Shown: positions 26,292 through 37,080, counted from the stretch's first letter. The stretch: 64,000 bases of DNA from Planctomycetota bacterium (GCA_965248575.1 CBDFJQ010000002.1:1184001-1248000), one strand, 5' to 3'. Made by a program: numbers and translations. The notes: a model not told the origin generated them from the letters alone.

Positions 26292-27947
26292 GTGACCGAA
26301 GCCACCGGTAGTGCAGTTCGACGGACGTCGGCCCCACGCGGCCTCGGCAGCATCCTGGCCGTTGTGGTGGGCTTGTCCATCCTCGTGGGCGGCTGGCTTC
26401 TTTCGCAGGAGCAGAAGCTCACGATCCTGGTGGTGTCGTTGGACACCACCAGGCCCGACCACCTCACGCCCTACGGCTACGACAAGCTGACGACGCCCAC
26501 CCTGGCCCGGCTGGCGGCCGAGGGGACCCGCTTTTCGTCGGCAAGGTCCACCACCTCCTGGACCCTTCCGTCACACATGTCCCTGTTCACGGGGCTTCCG
26601 GCGGATTTGCACAACGTCACCATCGACTTCCAGACGCTCGACCTGGGCCGCCCCACGATGGGGCAGATCTTCAAGCAGGCTGGCTACCAGACCACGGGCA
26701 TCTTCTCCGCCCCGTACCTGCACAGTCGCTTTGGCTTCGCCCGGGGCATGGATTTCTATGAGGCGGCCACGCGTAGCCCGATGGTCTACGACTTGCCACC
26801 CCGGCAGATGGGGAGTGAGGACCGGTCGTCGCAGCTGGAGTTCGTATCCCACCTCGAGGTCACCAGCACCCGCATCCGCACCCAGGCCCTGCAGTCGTTC
26901 TCGGAGGCGCGCATACGGCCCAAGATGTTCATGTTCCTGCACTTCTTCGACCCCCACTACGACTACCTTCCGCCGGCCAAGTTCGCCCGGGAGTTCATCT
27001 CGCCCACCTACCGGGGCCCTGTCAACGGGCAGGGTGTGCTCGCCCAACCCGATGTCATCCACAGCGAGATGCCTGCCGCTGACCTCACGCAACTGCTGGC
27101 GTACTACGACGCCGAGATTCGCTTCGTGGATCAAAACCTCGGTGAAGTCATCCAAGGGATCGAGGACAGCGGCGGCCTGGGCTCCACCATCGTCGTCATC
27201 ACGGGCGACCACGGTGAGGAGTTCTTCGAGCACGGCAAAATCGGCCACCGCACAAGCCTGAGTGAAGAGGTGCTGGCCATCCCCTTGATCTTCTGGGGGC
27301 CCGGCATCATCCCCGAGGGACAGGTCATCGACGATGACGTGGCGCTCTACGACGTCCTGCCGACGCTCATGGATTACGCAGACCTGCCCGAGGACCCCAT
27401 CATCTACGGCCGCAGCCTGCGTCCCTTGATCGAAGGCGGTGCGCTGGAGAAGCGGCCCACGCACGCAGCGTTGACGTTCCTGCACCGAGAAGGCCCCGAG
27501 TACTACACACGGCACGATGCCATCGTCTACGACGGCATGAAATACGTCCGCCGGGTCCGGGTGCCCTGGTCCCCGGATGACCCGATGCGCATCGACAACA
27601 TGCCTGAATACGAGGGTGCGGAGCTGGAGGTGTTCGATCTGCGCGCCGACCCAGGGGAGCAAACCAACCTGTTCGACCGCCGGGGCGAGGACGCCCGGGT
27701 GCGGGGCATCATCAGCGAGTTCGAAGCCGAGCAGCTACGGCAGAAAAGCGCGAAGGAGGCCTTTGAGCCCCGGGGCTTCGACACCCCGGATGGCTTCGCT
27801 CCGAGCGACCACCAGGACTTCATGGACACATTGAGGGGGCTGGGTTACGTCGGCGCCATCAACCAAGCTGATCCCGTCGAGCCGGGCGAGACTCTGGAGG
27901 AAAACCCCTCGCCGCAAGATGCGGAGGGCTCCGGCGAATCGCCCTGA
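26292..27947 (+). CDS. Sulfatase-like hydrolase/transferase (alkaline phosphatase superfamily)
   Basis: VSLDTTRPDH, SWTLPSHMSLFTG, HFFDPHYDY, YDAEIRFVD, TGDHGEEF, GH, FDLRADPGEQTNL, LRGLGY; N-terminal TM. Confidence 0.85.
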   Translation: MTEATGSAVRRTSAPRGLGSILAVVVGLSILVGGWLLSQEQKLTILVVSLDTTRPDHLTPYGYDKLTTPTLARLAAEGTRFSSARSTTSWTLPSHMSLFTGLPADLHNVTIDFQTLDLGRPTMGQIFKQAGYQTTGIFSAPYLHSRFGFARGMDFYEAATRSPMVYDLPPRQMGSEDRSSQLEFVSHLEVTSTRIRTQALQSFSEARIRPKMFMFLHFFDPHYDYLPPAKFAREFISPTYRGPVNGQGVLAQPDVIHSEMPAADLTQLLAYYDAEIRFVDQNLGEVIQGIEDSGGLGSTIVVITGDHGEEFFEHGKIGHRTSLSEEVLAIPLIFWGPGIIPEGQVIDDDVALYDVLPTLMDYADLPEDPIIYGRSLRPLIEGGALEKRPTHAALTFLHREGPEYYTRHDAIVYDGMKYVRRVRVPWSPDDPMRIDNMPEYEGAELEVFDLRADPGEQTNLFDRRGEDARVRGIISEFEAEQLRQKSAKEAFEPRGFDTPDGFAPSDHQDFMDTLRGLGYVGAINQADPVEPGETLEENPSPQDAEGSGESP

Positions 27948-27955
27948 GGGGCGCC

Positions 27956-28480
27956 CTAGCTGGAGAGCGCGACCGAATCGCCGCCTCGTGAGACGACCTC
28001 GCCCAAGGCCACTTCGGCCTGTTTGAGGACGGTGTCGAAGAAGATCGACTCGTCGCCATCCTGGGTAGACACGCCGACGCTGATGCTGACCCTCAAAGGC
28101 CGGTCATCGACCCGGACGTCCAGCTCCGAGACCCTGTCGTGCAGGCGCTTGCCCAGCAGGCTCGCCCCCTTGGCATCTGTGTGGGGAAGCACCACAACGA
28201 AGCGTTCGCCGAGCCGACCCACGAAGTCGCAGCTGCGGGAGTGACGATTGAGAAGATCAGCCACCGCACCCTCGACGCGATCTCGCGTGTCGGAGCCGTG
28301 CAGGTCGCCCAAGGCACCCAGGCGATCAATCTCGAGCAGGATGCACGACAACTCGTACTGATATCGCCGAGCTCGTGAGAACTCGATCTTCAGCAGATGC
28401 AGGATCTGCGTGTACGAGAAGAGGCCCGCATCCACCTTGTTGTTGGCTCGCTCGTCTCTCACACCCTGATTATCGACCAC
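27956..28480 (-). CDS. Stand-alone degenerate GGDEF-domain protein
   Basis: GGAGG at 28486-28490 before GTG 28480; EFSRARRY..LSCILLEID, DFVGRLGERF, VSISVGVS, GGDSV. Confidence 0.8.
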   Translation of the reverse strand: MVDNQGVRDERANNKVDAGLFSYTQILHLLKIEFSRARRYQYELSCILLEIDRLGALGDLHGSDTRDRVEGAVADLLNRHSRSCDFVGRLGERFVVVLPHTDAKGASLLGKRLHDRVSELDVRVDDRPLRVSISVGVSTQDGDESIFFDTVLKQAEVALGEVVSRGGDSVALSS

Positions 28481-28568
28481 GGGCGCCTCCGCCTGAAGAA
28501 CTAAGAAGAGAGCGTTCTGAGAGCACTCCCCGGCCATCGCGGGCCGGCCCTTGCAAACCGCAGCCCAC

Positions 28569-28608
28569 AAAAAAAGTTGGCCCTGCCCGTTGCCGGACAG
28601 AGCCAACT
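28569..28608 (-). terminator. Rho-independent terminator
   Basis: Minus strand AGTTGGCTCTGTCCG-GCAA-CGGGCAGGGCCAACT: 15-bp stem (two G-U pairs), GNRA loop, followed by a 7-U run. Confidence 0.85.
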
Positions 28609-28728
28609 CAAATGTGGTGGCCAATAGGGCTGGAGATGGCGGTTGGGGAGGGGAAAACGGCTCAAGCCCCACAGACCACCCACGCCAAATGAATGGCATG
28701 GCGAGCCAAGCTAGGCCTGACTCTTGTG
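28569..28728 (-). ncRNA. Candidate ~160-nt structured small RNA or 5' attenuator
   Basis: Bounded by a TTGACA promoter and an intrinsic terminator; contains a long hairpin with a UUCCCCUCCCC loop; no family recognised. Confidence 0.5.
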
Positions 28729-28733
28729 GGTTC

Positions 28734-28762
28734 ATAATCCTCCATCACCCCCGGCCTGTCAA
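28734..28762 (-). promoter_or_regulatory. Sigma70-type promoter
   Basis: Minus-strand TTGACA (28762-28757), 17-bp spacer, GATTAT (28739-28734). Confidence 0.55.
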
Positions 28763-28942
28763 CTTCGCCCACAGGCTTTCCTCAGAGTTTCAACATTCCC
28801 GAAGCTGGACGGATTGGCCCGCGAGCCGGAGATTGAACTTCTGATATCTCGCCCTGAAAAGGCACTCAACGGTCGCACGACTACGCATAGGCCCATTCGA
28901 CGCCCATATCGCACACCGGCCCTGCCCCTGAGGAGGGGGGAC

Positions 28943-29977
28943 TCAGGGCTGCTTGTCCACCGGGCCGCCTTCGGGAGCGCTCGGGAGGGCTTCTTCGCCC
29001 AACAGCTCTGAAACCAGCAGCCGGAAGTCATCCCGCTCTCGCACGCTCACGAGATCGCCATCCTCCAGCATCCATGCCACGTCCAGAAAGCCGTCTTCCA
29101 CAGCCCCGCGCAGCTGCTCAACAGCCCGCCCCCCCTCTCCGCTGAGAGCGGCAATGCACGCGAGGTTGTAGTGAGCCATCCGGGCGTCGACGCCTTCGAG
29201 GTTGGCCGTGAGCTGGCCGAACCACTCGGCGGCTGAGGCGTAGTCGTCGAACTGCTGGTAGTGGTATCCGATGTCGAACCAGACGGTGCGCCCGAAGTAC
29301 TCGTCAAAGCTCCTGAAGGTCGAAATCAGCGGGTCGAGCAGGCTGACCCGACGAGGGAGCACGTATTGCTCCAGGACGGCGATGCGCTCGCGGATCGGCC
29401 CCGGCTGCCCACTCTTCGCCAAGGCAAAACGGGTGTAGCGCGACAGGTCGATGTCGAGTTCGAGGCGGTGCAGATCTTCGTTGAGGGGGCGCGGGGCCTG
29501 GTTCTGCCAATCGCGAGACGCCCGCTGCCACTCCACCCGGAACTCCTCGTCCGGATCGAGCAGGAGAGGTTCCAGCGCGGCTCGCAGTCGTTCACCCTCG
29601 GCGGCCTCCTGCAGCGCCATGACGGCCATGATCCGGATGGTGTGATGCATGGCGCGGTCCTGCGCCACACGCACCAGGTCATCGAAGCGCTCCACCGTCG
29701 CCGCGAACTGCCCATCGTAGAAACCGGGGATCCCACCATCCCGCAGCAGGCCCGCGAGCAGGAACGCGACCTCTGGAGTGTCGTCGAGCCCGGTGCCATC
29801 TCGGCGCTCCGTGCCCCGCTCCAGGTACCACGGAGACGGGTCCGCTTGCTCGCTTCCGGCAGTCTGTTGTTCCTGCGCGAGGGCGCTCCCCACAAGCGCC
29901 CCGCCCAGCAGCAGCACCCCCATCAGCGTCCTCTTCACGAGCAGAAGCAGGCTGGGGAGGGTCGAGTGCTGTCTCAC
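28943..29977 (-). CDS. Secreted protein with C-terminal TPR domain
   Basis: Signal peptide ending ALA-Q; C-terminal HYNLACIAALSGE...GFLD..WMLEDGDLVSVR TPR-type motif; GTGA overlap with the tyrS stop. Confidence 0.72.
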   Translation of the reverse strand: MRQHSTLPSLLLLVKRTLMGVLLLGGALVGSALAQEQQTAGSEQADPSPWYLERGTERRDGTGLDDTPEVAFLLAGLLRDGGIPGFYDGQFAATVERFDDLVRVAQDRAMHHTIRIMAVMALQEAAEGERLRAALEPLLLDPDEEFRVEWQRASRDWQNQAPRPLNEDLHRLELDIDLSRYTRFALAKSGQPGPIRERIAVLEQYVLPRRVSLLDPLISTFRSFDEYFGRTVWFDIGYHYQQFDDYASAAEWFGQLTANLEGVDARMAHYNLACIAALSGEGGRAVEQLRGAVEDGFLDVAWMLEDGDLVSVRERDDFRLLVSELLGEEALPSAPEGGPVDKQP

Positions 29978-31176
29978 GGAATGGTGACCTCATGGAAGCG
30001 GCGTTTGCCCACCTGAAGCAGGTGCGTACCACCGGACGAAAGATGCAGCTGCTCATCTTGCACACGCTGGTCGTCCACTCGGACTCCACCGCCCTTGATC
30101 AGGCGGCGCGCCTCCGAGGCAGACGAGGCCAGCTGGATGTGCTGCAGGATACGCACGATCCAGACGCCTTTTCCGGATTCCATCAGCTCCAACGGCAGCG
30201 TTGTCTGCTCAATCTCGTCGGGAACGCCCTTGTCGCGGAAGATGCGGTCGAACTCCTCCGCTGCGGTGCGCGCTGCATCGGCGCCATGATAGAGGCGGGT
30301 CAGCGCGCCAGCCAAAGCGCCCTTGGCCGCTCGAGGCGAACCCGCGAGCAGCTTGAGCGCCTCCTCCTCCGGCACGTCCGTGGCCAGGCGGAAGTACGCT
30401 GGCATGAGTTCGTCCGGAACACTCATGGCCTTTCCGAACATGTCCCTGGGCGGGTCGGTCAGCCCGATGGCATTGCCCAAGCTCTTCGACATCTTCTGCA
30501 CGCCGTCCAAGCCCGGGAGCAGCGGCAGCGTCAGGCAGACTTGGGGTGCCTGACCCGCGCCGCGCATGAGATCGCGCCCCACCAGCAGGTTGAACGTCTG
30601 GTCCGTTCCACCGATCTCCAGGTCGGCCCGCACCTCCACGGAGTCCCGTGCCTGCATCAGCGGGTAGAGGAACTCGTGCATGCTGATGGGGACGCCAGCC
30701 TTGTGCCGCTCAGCGAAGGTGTCCCGCTCCAACATGCGTGCCACCGTCATGGACCCGCACAAGCGCACGGCATCCATGAAGTTCATCTGGTCGAACCACT
30801 GACTGTTCCGAACCACCTCCACCCGATCCATTTCGAGGATCAGCGCGGCCTGCTTGAGGTAGGTCGCCGCGTGCGCATCCACTTCGTCGCGAGTGAGCTG
30901 GGGCCGCGTCACGTTCTTGCCCGTCGGGTCGCCCACCATGGCGGTGGCATCCCCGATGATCAGCACCGCAACATGCCCGAGGTCCTGGAGCCGTCGCAGG
31001 TAGCGCAGCTGCACGGAATGCCCCACATGCAGATCCGGGGAGCTGGGGTCCACGCCGAGCTTGACCCGAAGCGGCTTGCCCTTGGTCACTTTTCGACGCA
31101 GGTCGTCTTCCGTATGGCACGTTACCGTGCCCGCGAGAAGGGGTGACAGGTCGGGGGAGATGTCGCCAGTCGTCAT
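29974..31176 (-). CDS. tyrS: Tyrosine--tRNA ligase
   Basis: KLGVDPSSPDLHVGH (HIGH), YPLMQARD, GGTDQTFN, KMSKS, C-terminal S4 domain ending QVGKRRF. Confidence 0.97.
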   Translation of the reverse strand: MTTGDISPDLSPLLAGTVTCHTEDDLRRKVTKGKPLRVKLGVDPSSPDLHVGHSVQLRYLRRLQDLGHVAVLIIGDATAMVGDPTGKNVTRPQLTRDEVDAHAATYLKQAALILEMDRVEVVRNSQWFDQMNFMDAVRLCGSMTVARMLERDTFAERHKAGVPISMHEFLYPLMQARDSVEVRADLEIGGTDQTFNLLVGRDLMRGAGQAPQVCLTLPLLPGLDGVQKMSKSLGNAIGLTDPPRDMFGKAMSVPDELMPAYFRLATDVPEEEALKLLAGSPRAAKGALAGALTRLYHGADAARTAAEEFDRIFRDKGVPDEIEQTTLPLELMESGKGVWIVRILQHIQLASSASEARRLIKGGGVRVDDQRVQDEQLHLSSGGTHLLQVGKRRFHEVTIP

Positions 31177-32018
31177 GGCTCCAGGGTTCCAGCCAACCCG
31201 CTCTCCTTCAACCATGCTTCCCACGCAAAGGCCGAGCGGCCATGGGTCTGCCCGGTCATGAAGTGCAGGGCTCCGAAGCCCGCCTCCTGCTGCTGGCCCT
31301 TGAGGCCTGCCAACTGGCCCACGAGCTGCACGATCACGTCCACACGGTGCTCGACAGGTGCCTGCGCCGCCCGCAAGAACAGCTCATCGGGCTCCCGCTC
31401 GTCGACGGGCTGCTCGAACCACTCGGCGAGTGTCCCCGAGGCGGGCCGCGAGAAACTCTCCAAACTGACCGACGGAAACTCCATGCGAACTCCCCCGGAG
31501 CGCACGGACTCGCCGACGACATCCACGGGGTGCAATCGCGCATGGGCCTCGACCCGCCGTGCCAGGACCGAGGCATGTGCCGGGTCCAGCTCCCACAGGA
31601 AGCGGCGACGGAAAGGCTGCCCGAAGCGGGCTTCCCCGTCGTCGCCGAAGGCCGTCGGACGGCTTCGACGCCCGCCGAATGACGTGGGAGTCGTCCCCGC
31701 GAAGTCCTTCCAGGCCACCGTCAGCTGGATCAGGGCATCGTCCACCCCGCGACCCCGGGGACCGCGACCGAGGATCCTGAACAGACCAGGCGTCTTCGGC
31801 TCGATCTGGACTTCGATGTCGAGCGCCGTCACGACGCCCTCACCCTCGCTCTGAGCAGCCAACGAAAGGCTGTTGAGCGTCTCGACGACCGCCACCGGCA
31901 GCGGCTCCTCGTCGTCTCCCGCCGACGCTCCAAAGGGCAGGAGCGAGCACGCCGGCATCCACAGCACCGACGTCAAGAGCGCTAGGACTCCCGCCCAAAC
32001 CCGCCCGGGACCACGCAC
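31173..32018 (-). CDS. Hypothetical lipoprotein
   Basis: Signal-like VWAGVLALLTSVLWMPA-C; C-terminal ALHFMTGQTHG..AWEAWL HEAT-like motif; ATGA overlap with tyrS; start uncertain. Confidence 0.6.
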   Translation of the reverse strand: MRGPGRVWAGVLALLTSVLWMPACSLLPFGASAGDDEEPLPVAVVETLNSLSLAAQSEGEGVVTALDIEVQIEPKTPGLFRILGRGPRGRGVDDALIQLTVAWKDFAGTTPTSFGGRRSRPTAFGDDGEARFGQPFRRRFLWELDPAHASVLARRVEAHARLHPVDVVGESVRSGGVRMEFPSVSLESFSRPASGTLAEWFEQPVDEREPDELFLRAAQAPVEHRVDVIVQLVGQLAGLKGQQQEAGFGALHFMTGQTHGRSAFAWEAWLKESGLAGTLEP

Positions 32019-32064
32019 AGAGTGCGCTGGGCCCCGGACGGGCCTGGACTCGAGGGAGCCTGTC

Positions 32065-34044
<1,980 letters not shown>

Positions 34045-34212
34045 TGGAAGAAGGGGTGTGGGGCGGTCCCCAAAAAAGCGAACCGCGCTCACCGGGTGCT
34101 GTAGGACGGGGGAATTCCCGTCGCGGATCGTCCCAGTGTGAAGTGTCTAGATTTGTAGTGAAAACAAAGCCCAGTAGTTTAGGGATCCTGCGGAGGCCGT
34201 GCGAGGGAATCT

Positions 34213-35694
34213 TCAGCCCTGCGATCTGTCCGGCCTTGGGGCCTCAGCCGCTTGTTGGACCAGCTTTTCCAACTCATCCAGGACCTCTGCCTGGGAAAGG
34301 TCGGACGTATCGAGCAGTCGGGCCCCTGAGGCCCTGCTCAACGGGGCATGCTCCCGTTGGCTGTCGCGCCAATCCCGGGCCTCCAGGGCTGCCACCACCT
34401 GATCAACGGTCTCACCTTCGCCGGGGTTCTGAGCCAACCGACGCCGAGCCCTGACCTCGGGGCGGGCGTCCAGATAGACCTGGACGACGGCCTCGGGGAA
34501 CACGACCGTGGCCATGTCCCGACCTTCCGCAACCAGGCCAGCACCCACCCCAGCGGCCTGGCGCTGGACCTCCAGCAAGGCATGGCGAACCTCCGGGTGG
34601 GCGCTTGCCGCCGAGACGGCCGCCGAGACGGCCGCGCTGCGCAAGCGAGCGTCTTCCACCGGCACTCCGTCCAGCAGCACCTCACCCTGGGAGCCCACGG
34701 CCAGGTCCAGGCCCGCGGCCAGCGCGCCCCACTCGGCGCCGTCGGCGTCGAGGGCGAGACCCGCTTCGATGCCCAGGGCCGTCACCGTGCGATAGAGCGC
34801 CCCTGAATCCAACATGACGAACCCCAGGCGCTCGGCCAGTTGCCGGCTCACTGAGCTCTTGCCGCTTCCGGCAGGACCGTCCAACGTCACCACGATGGGC
34901 GCCCGGCCCGCCACCTCGCCGTGGCACCCGAAGCGTACGTCTTCCCGAACGAGGGTGAGCTCGCCGTCAATCATGTGCGCGTGACATCCGGAGCGTTCGA
35001 AGTCGGCCATCACCACGAGTCGGCCAGCACCCTCCCCGCTCCCGATTCGCTCGTCCCGCGCCACGTGCACGTGCCCGCACAGAATGAGATCGGGCCCGGT
35101 CTCGAAGGCGCGGACGACTTCCTCGTCCACGATGGCCATGCTGGCCTGACTCTTCTCCCCGGTGGCCCGGGTGGCCCCATGCACCAAGCGGTCACCCACC
35201 CACGCCAGGCTGCTCGCCGGGATCGTGCGGAACACCCAGCGCATGGCGGGGTGCCGCAGGACGCCATGAAGCTTGTGGTAGCTCTCATCGTTGGTGCAGA
35301 ACGCATCACCGTGGAGCAGCCGCAGCACCTGGCCACGAACGGAGATGTCCAGGTTCTGCTCATAGACCTCGAGGCCGCAAGCACGCTCGAGCTCTGGCCC
35401 CATCAGGAAGTCGTGGTTGCCGTGAATGATCACGACCCGGATGCCCCCCTCGCTGGCGGACTTCAGCGCGTCGAAGAAGGGTTTGAGCCCAGGGTCCTGC
35501 AGGGAGCGGGCACCCAGCCAGGCGCGGAAGACATCGCCCAGGAGGAACAGGGCATCCGCAGCTTGCGCCCGCACGTGCTCGACAAAGCGGCAGGCACGAG
35601 CCACGCCCTCCGGATCCTGGGCCGCCAGGTGGAAGTCGGACGCGAACCAGGCGCGCTGCGGGGCCCGACGGAGTCGGTCGGTTGAAGCGGACAT
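34213..35694 (-). CDS. cmk: Fusion of LpxH-like UDP-2,3-diacylglucosamine hydrolase and cytidylate kinase
   Basis: N-half: SDFHL, LGDVFRAWLG, HGNHDFL, LHGDAFCTNDESY, CGHVH. C-half: LDGPAGSGKS, LDSGALYR, AEGRDMATVVFP, RDWRDSQR. One continuous ORF. Confidence 0.85.
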   Translation of the reverse strand: MSASTDRLRRAPQRAWFASDFHLAAQDPEGVARACRFVEHVRAQAADALFLLGDVFRAWLGARSLQDPGLKPFFDALKSASEGGIRVVIIHGNHDFLMGPELERACGLEVYEQNLDISVRGQVLRLLHGDAFCTNDESYHKLHGVLRHPAMRWVFRTIPASSLAWVGDRLVHGATRATGEKSQASMAIVDEEVVRAFETGPDLILCGHVHVARDERIGSGEGAGRLVVMADFERSGCHAHMIDGELTLVREDVRFGCHGEVAGRAPIVVTLDGPAGSGKSSVSRQLAERLGFVMLDSGALYRTVTALGIEAGLALDADGAEWGALAAGLDLAVGSQGEVLLDGVPVEDARLRSAAVSAAVSAASAHPEVRHALLEVQRQAAGVGAGLVAEGRDMATVVFPEAVVQVYLDARPEVRARRRLAQNPGEGETVDQVVAALEARDWRDSQREHAPLSRASGARLLDTSDLSQAEVLDELEKLVQQAAEAPRPDRSQG

Positions 35695-35753
35695 GCTCAA
35701 GGGGAGGACCCGGCATTGGGATGGGCTGATCCGTCCAGTAGACTTCTGGGATC

Positions 35754-36353
35754 ATGTCGACTCAAGCAAGCGCTGACGAACTCCAGACAGTCATTTCCTC
35801 CACCTTCGAACGGCACCGGCAAGTGCTGGAGGCTTCGACGGAGGCCTTGCCGCCCAAGATCGAGAGCGCTGCCCGGTTGCTCATCGCGGCCTATCTGGGG
35901 GGCGGAAAGGCGATCCTCTTCGGCAATGGTGGCAGCATGTCGGACGCTCAGCACATCGAAGGAGAGCTCGTCAACCGCTTCGCCATTGATCGCCAGGGCG
36001 TCGCGGCCGTGGCCCTCGGCAGCCCCGCCAGCTTGACGGCGACGGCCAATGACTACTCCTATGAAGATGTCTTCGCGCGCATGCTCGTGGCGCACCATCG
36101 CCCCGGGGACGTGGCCTGTGGCTTCACGACCAGCGGCAACTCCACCAATGTGGTGCGGGCACTCGAGAAGGCCCGTTCCCTCGGCCTGGCCACCATCGCG
36201 TTCACCGGCGAGGGCGGCGGCCAGTGTGCAAGCATCGTGGACGCCTTGATCGACGTGCCCTCCAAGCACACTCCACGCATTCAAGAGATGCACATCACCG
36301 TGGGGCACATGCTGTGTGATCTCGTCGAGCGAGCCGTGGTCGGGCAATCCTAG
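35754..36353 (+). CDS. gmhA: D-sedoheptulose-7-phosphate isomerase
   Basis: GNGGSMSDAQH, ANDYSYEDVFAR, TTSGNSTNV, TPRIQEMH. Confidence 0.93.
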   Translation: MSTQASADELQTVISSTFERHRQVLEASTEALPPKIESAARLLIAAYLGGGKAILFGNGGSMSDAQHIEGELVNRFAIDRQGVAAVALGSPASLTATANDYSYEDVFARMLVAHHRPGDVACGFTTSGNSTNVVRALEKARSLGLATIAFTGEGGGQCASIVDALIDVPSKHTPRIQEMHITVGHMLCDLVERAVVGQS

Positions 36354-36375
36354 CGTGCCCGAGGTGAGCCCCTCC

Positions 36376-37080
36376 GTGAGCACCCCGAAGGCCCTCCGCC
36401 CCGCCGTGTTCCTGGACCGGGACGGCACGCTCATCGAGGAGCGCAACTATCCGTGCCGGCCCGAGGACATCGTCCCCATCGCCGGCGTGGGCCAGGCCCT
36501 GCATCGCCTGGCTGCCCTGGGATTCCTGCGCGTCGTGCTCACCAATCAGTCCGCTGTCGCCCGGGGCATGCTGACCGAAGAGAGCCTGGCTGAGCTGCAC
36601 CGCTCCATGCTGCGCCAGCTGACCGCGGCCGGGGGAGGTGTGGACGCCATCTACTACTGTCCCCACCATCCCGAAGGCTGCGCGGTGGGCTACAGCTTCC
36701 GCTGCTCGTGCCGCAAGCCGTTGCATGGCTTGCTGGAAACGGCCATGAATGAACACGGCATCGACCTCGCGCGATCCATCTTCATCGGCGACCGGGCACG
36801 GGACCTCTACGCGGATGCGGGCCCGGCTGCAGCGCGCCTGCTGGTGCGTAGCGGCCACACGGAAAGACACACCCAGGACGCGGACGCCGTGCTGCCCTCC
36901 ATCGTGGAGGCGACCCAGTGGATCGCCGAGCGCTTCGATCGCCGAACCCAGCCCCCGATCAGCGATACCGGCAGCGAAGCGATCTCCGAGCCGGACCCGC
37001 CGCCAACAGATCCAGCGCTAGGGCACGTGCCGCATGAGGGCGGGACCGACGATCCGGGCGGCCCACATCGGCAAGCGTGA
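36376..37080 (+). CDS. gmhB: D-glycero-D-manno-heptose 1,7-bisphosphate phosphatase
   Basis: FLDRDGTL, TNQSAVARG, YYCPHHP...CSCRKP, FIGD; follows gmhA; start uncertain (GTG 36355, 36364 or 36376). Confidence 0.9.
   Translation: MSTPKALRPAVFLDRDGTLIEERNYPCRPEDIVPIAGVGQALHRLAALGFLRVVLTNQSAVARGMLTEESLAELHRSMLRQLTAAGGGVDAIYYCPHHPEGCAVGYSFRCSCRKPLHGLLETAMNEHGIDLARSIFIGDRARDLYADAGPAAARLLVRSGHTERHTQDADAVLPSIVEATQWIAERFDRRTQPPISDTGSEAISEPDPPPTDPALGHVPHEGGTDDPGGPHRQA

Noticed and set aside
28569..28728. Known riboswitch (c-di-GMP-I/II), 6S RNA, SRP RNA or tmRNA identity for the candidate RNA
   Set aside because: I could not find the c-di-GMP-I GGCAAA/GAAA-tetraloop-receptor pattern, the SRP GGAA-loop motif, a 6S-type closed rod with central bubble, or tRNA-like ends. 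An Rfam search is still needed.
28481..28735. N-terminal extension of the GGDEF ORF to 259 aa, as in the ORF track
   Set aside because: The extension crosses a strong terminator and the candidate RNA, and its ATG overlaps the -10 box. GTG 28480 has a good GGAGG RBS.
31177..31300. T-box leader upstream of tyrS
   Set aside because: tyrS is ATGA-coupled to the upstream lipoprotein gene, leaving no leader, and no T-box motif or terminator is visible.
37018..37080. 63-nt convergent overlap of gmhB and the FemAB-like gene as a regulatory device
   Set aside because: The gmhB tail is low-complexity and most simply reflects stop-codon drift in a GC-rich genome.
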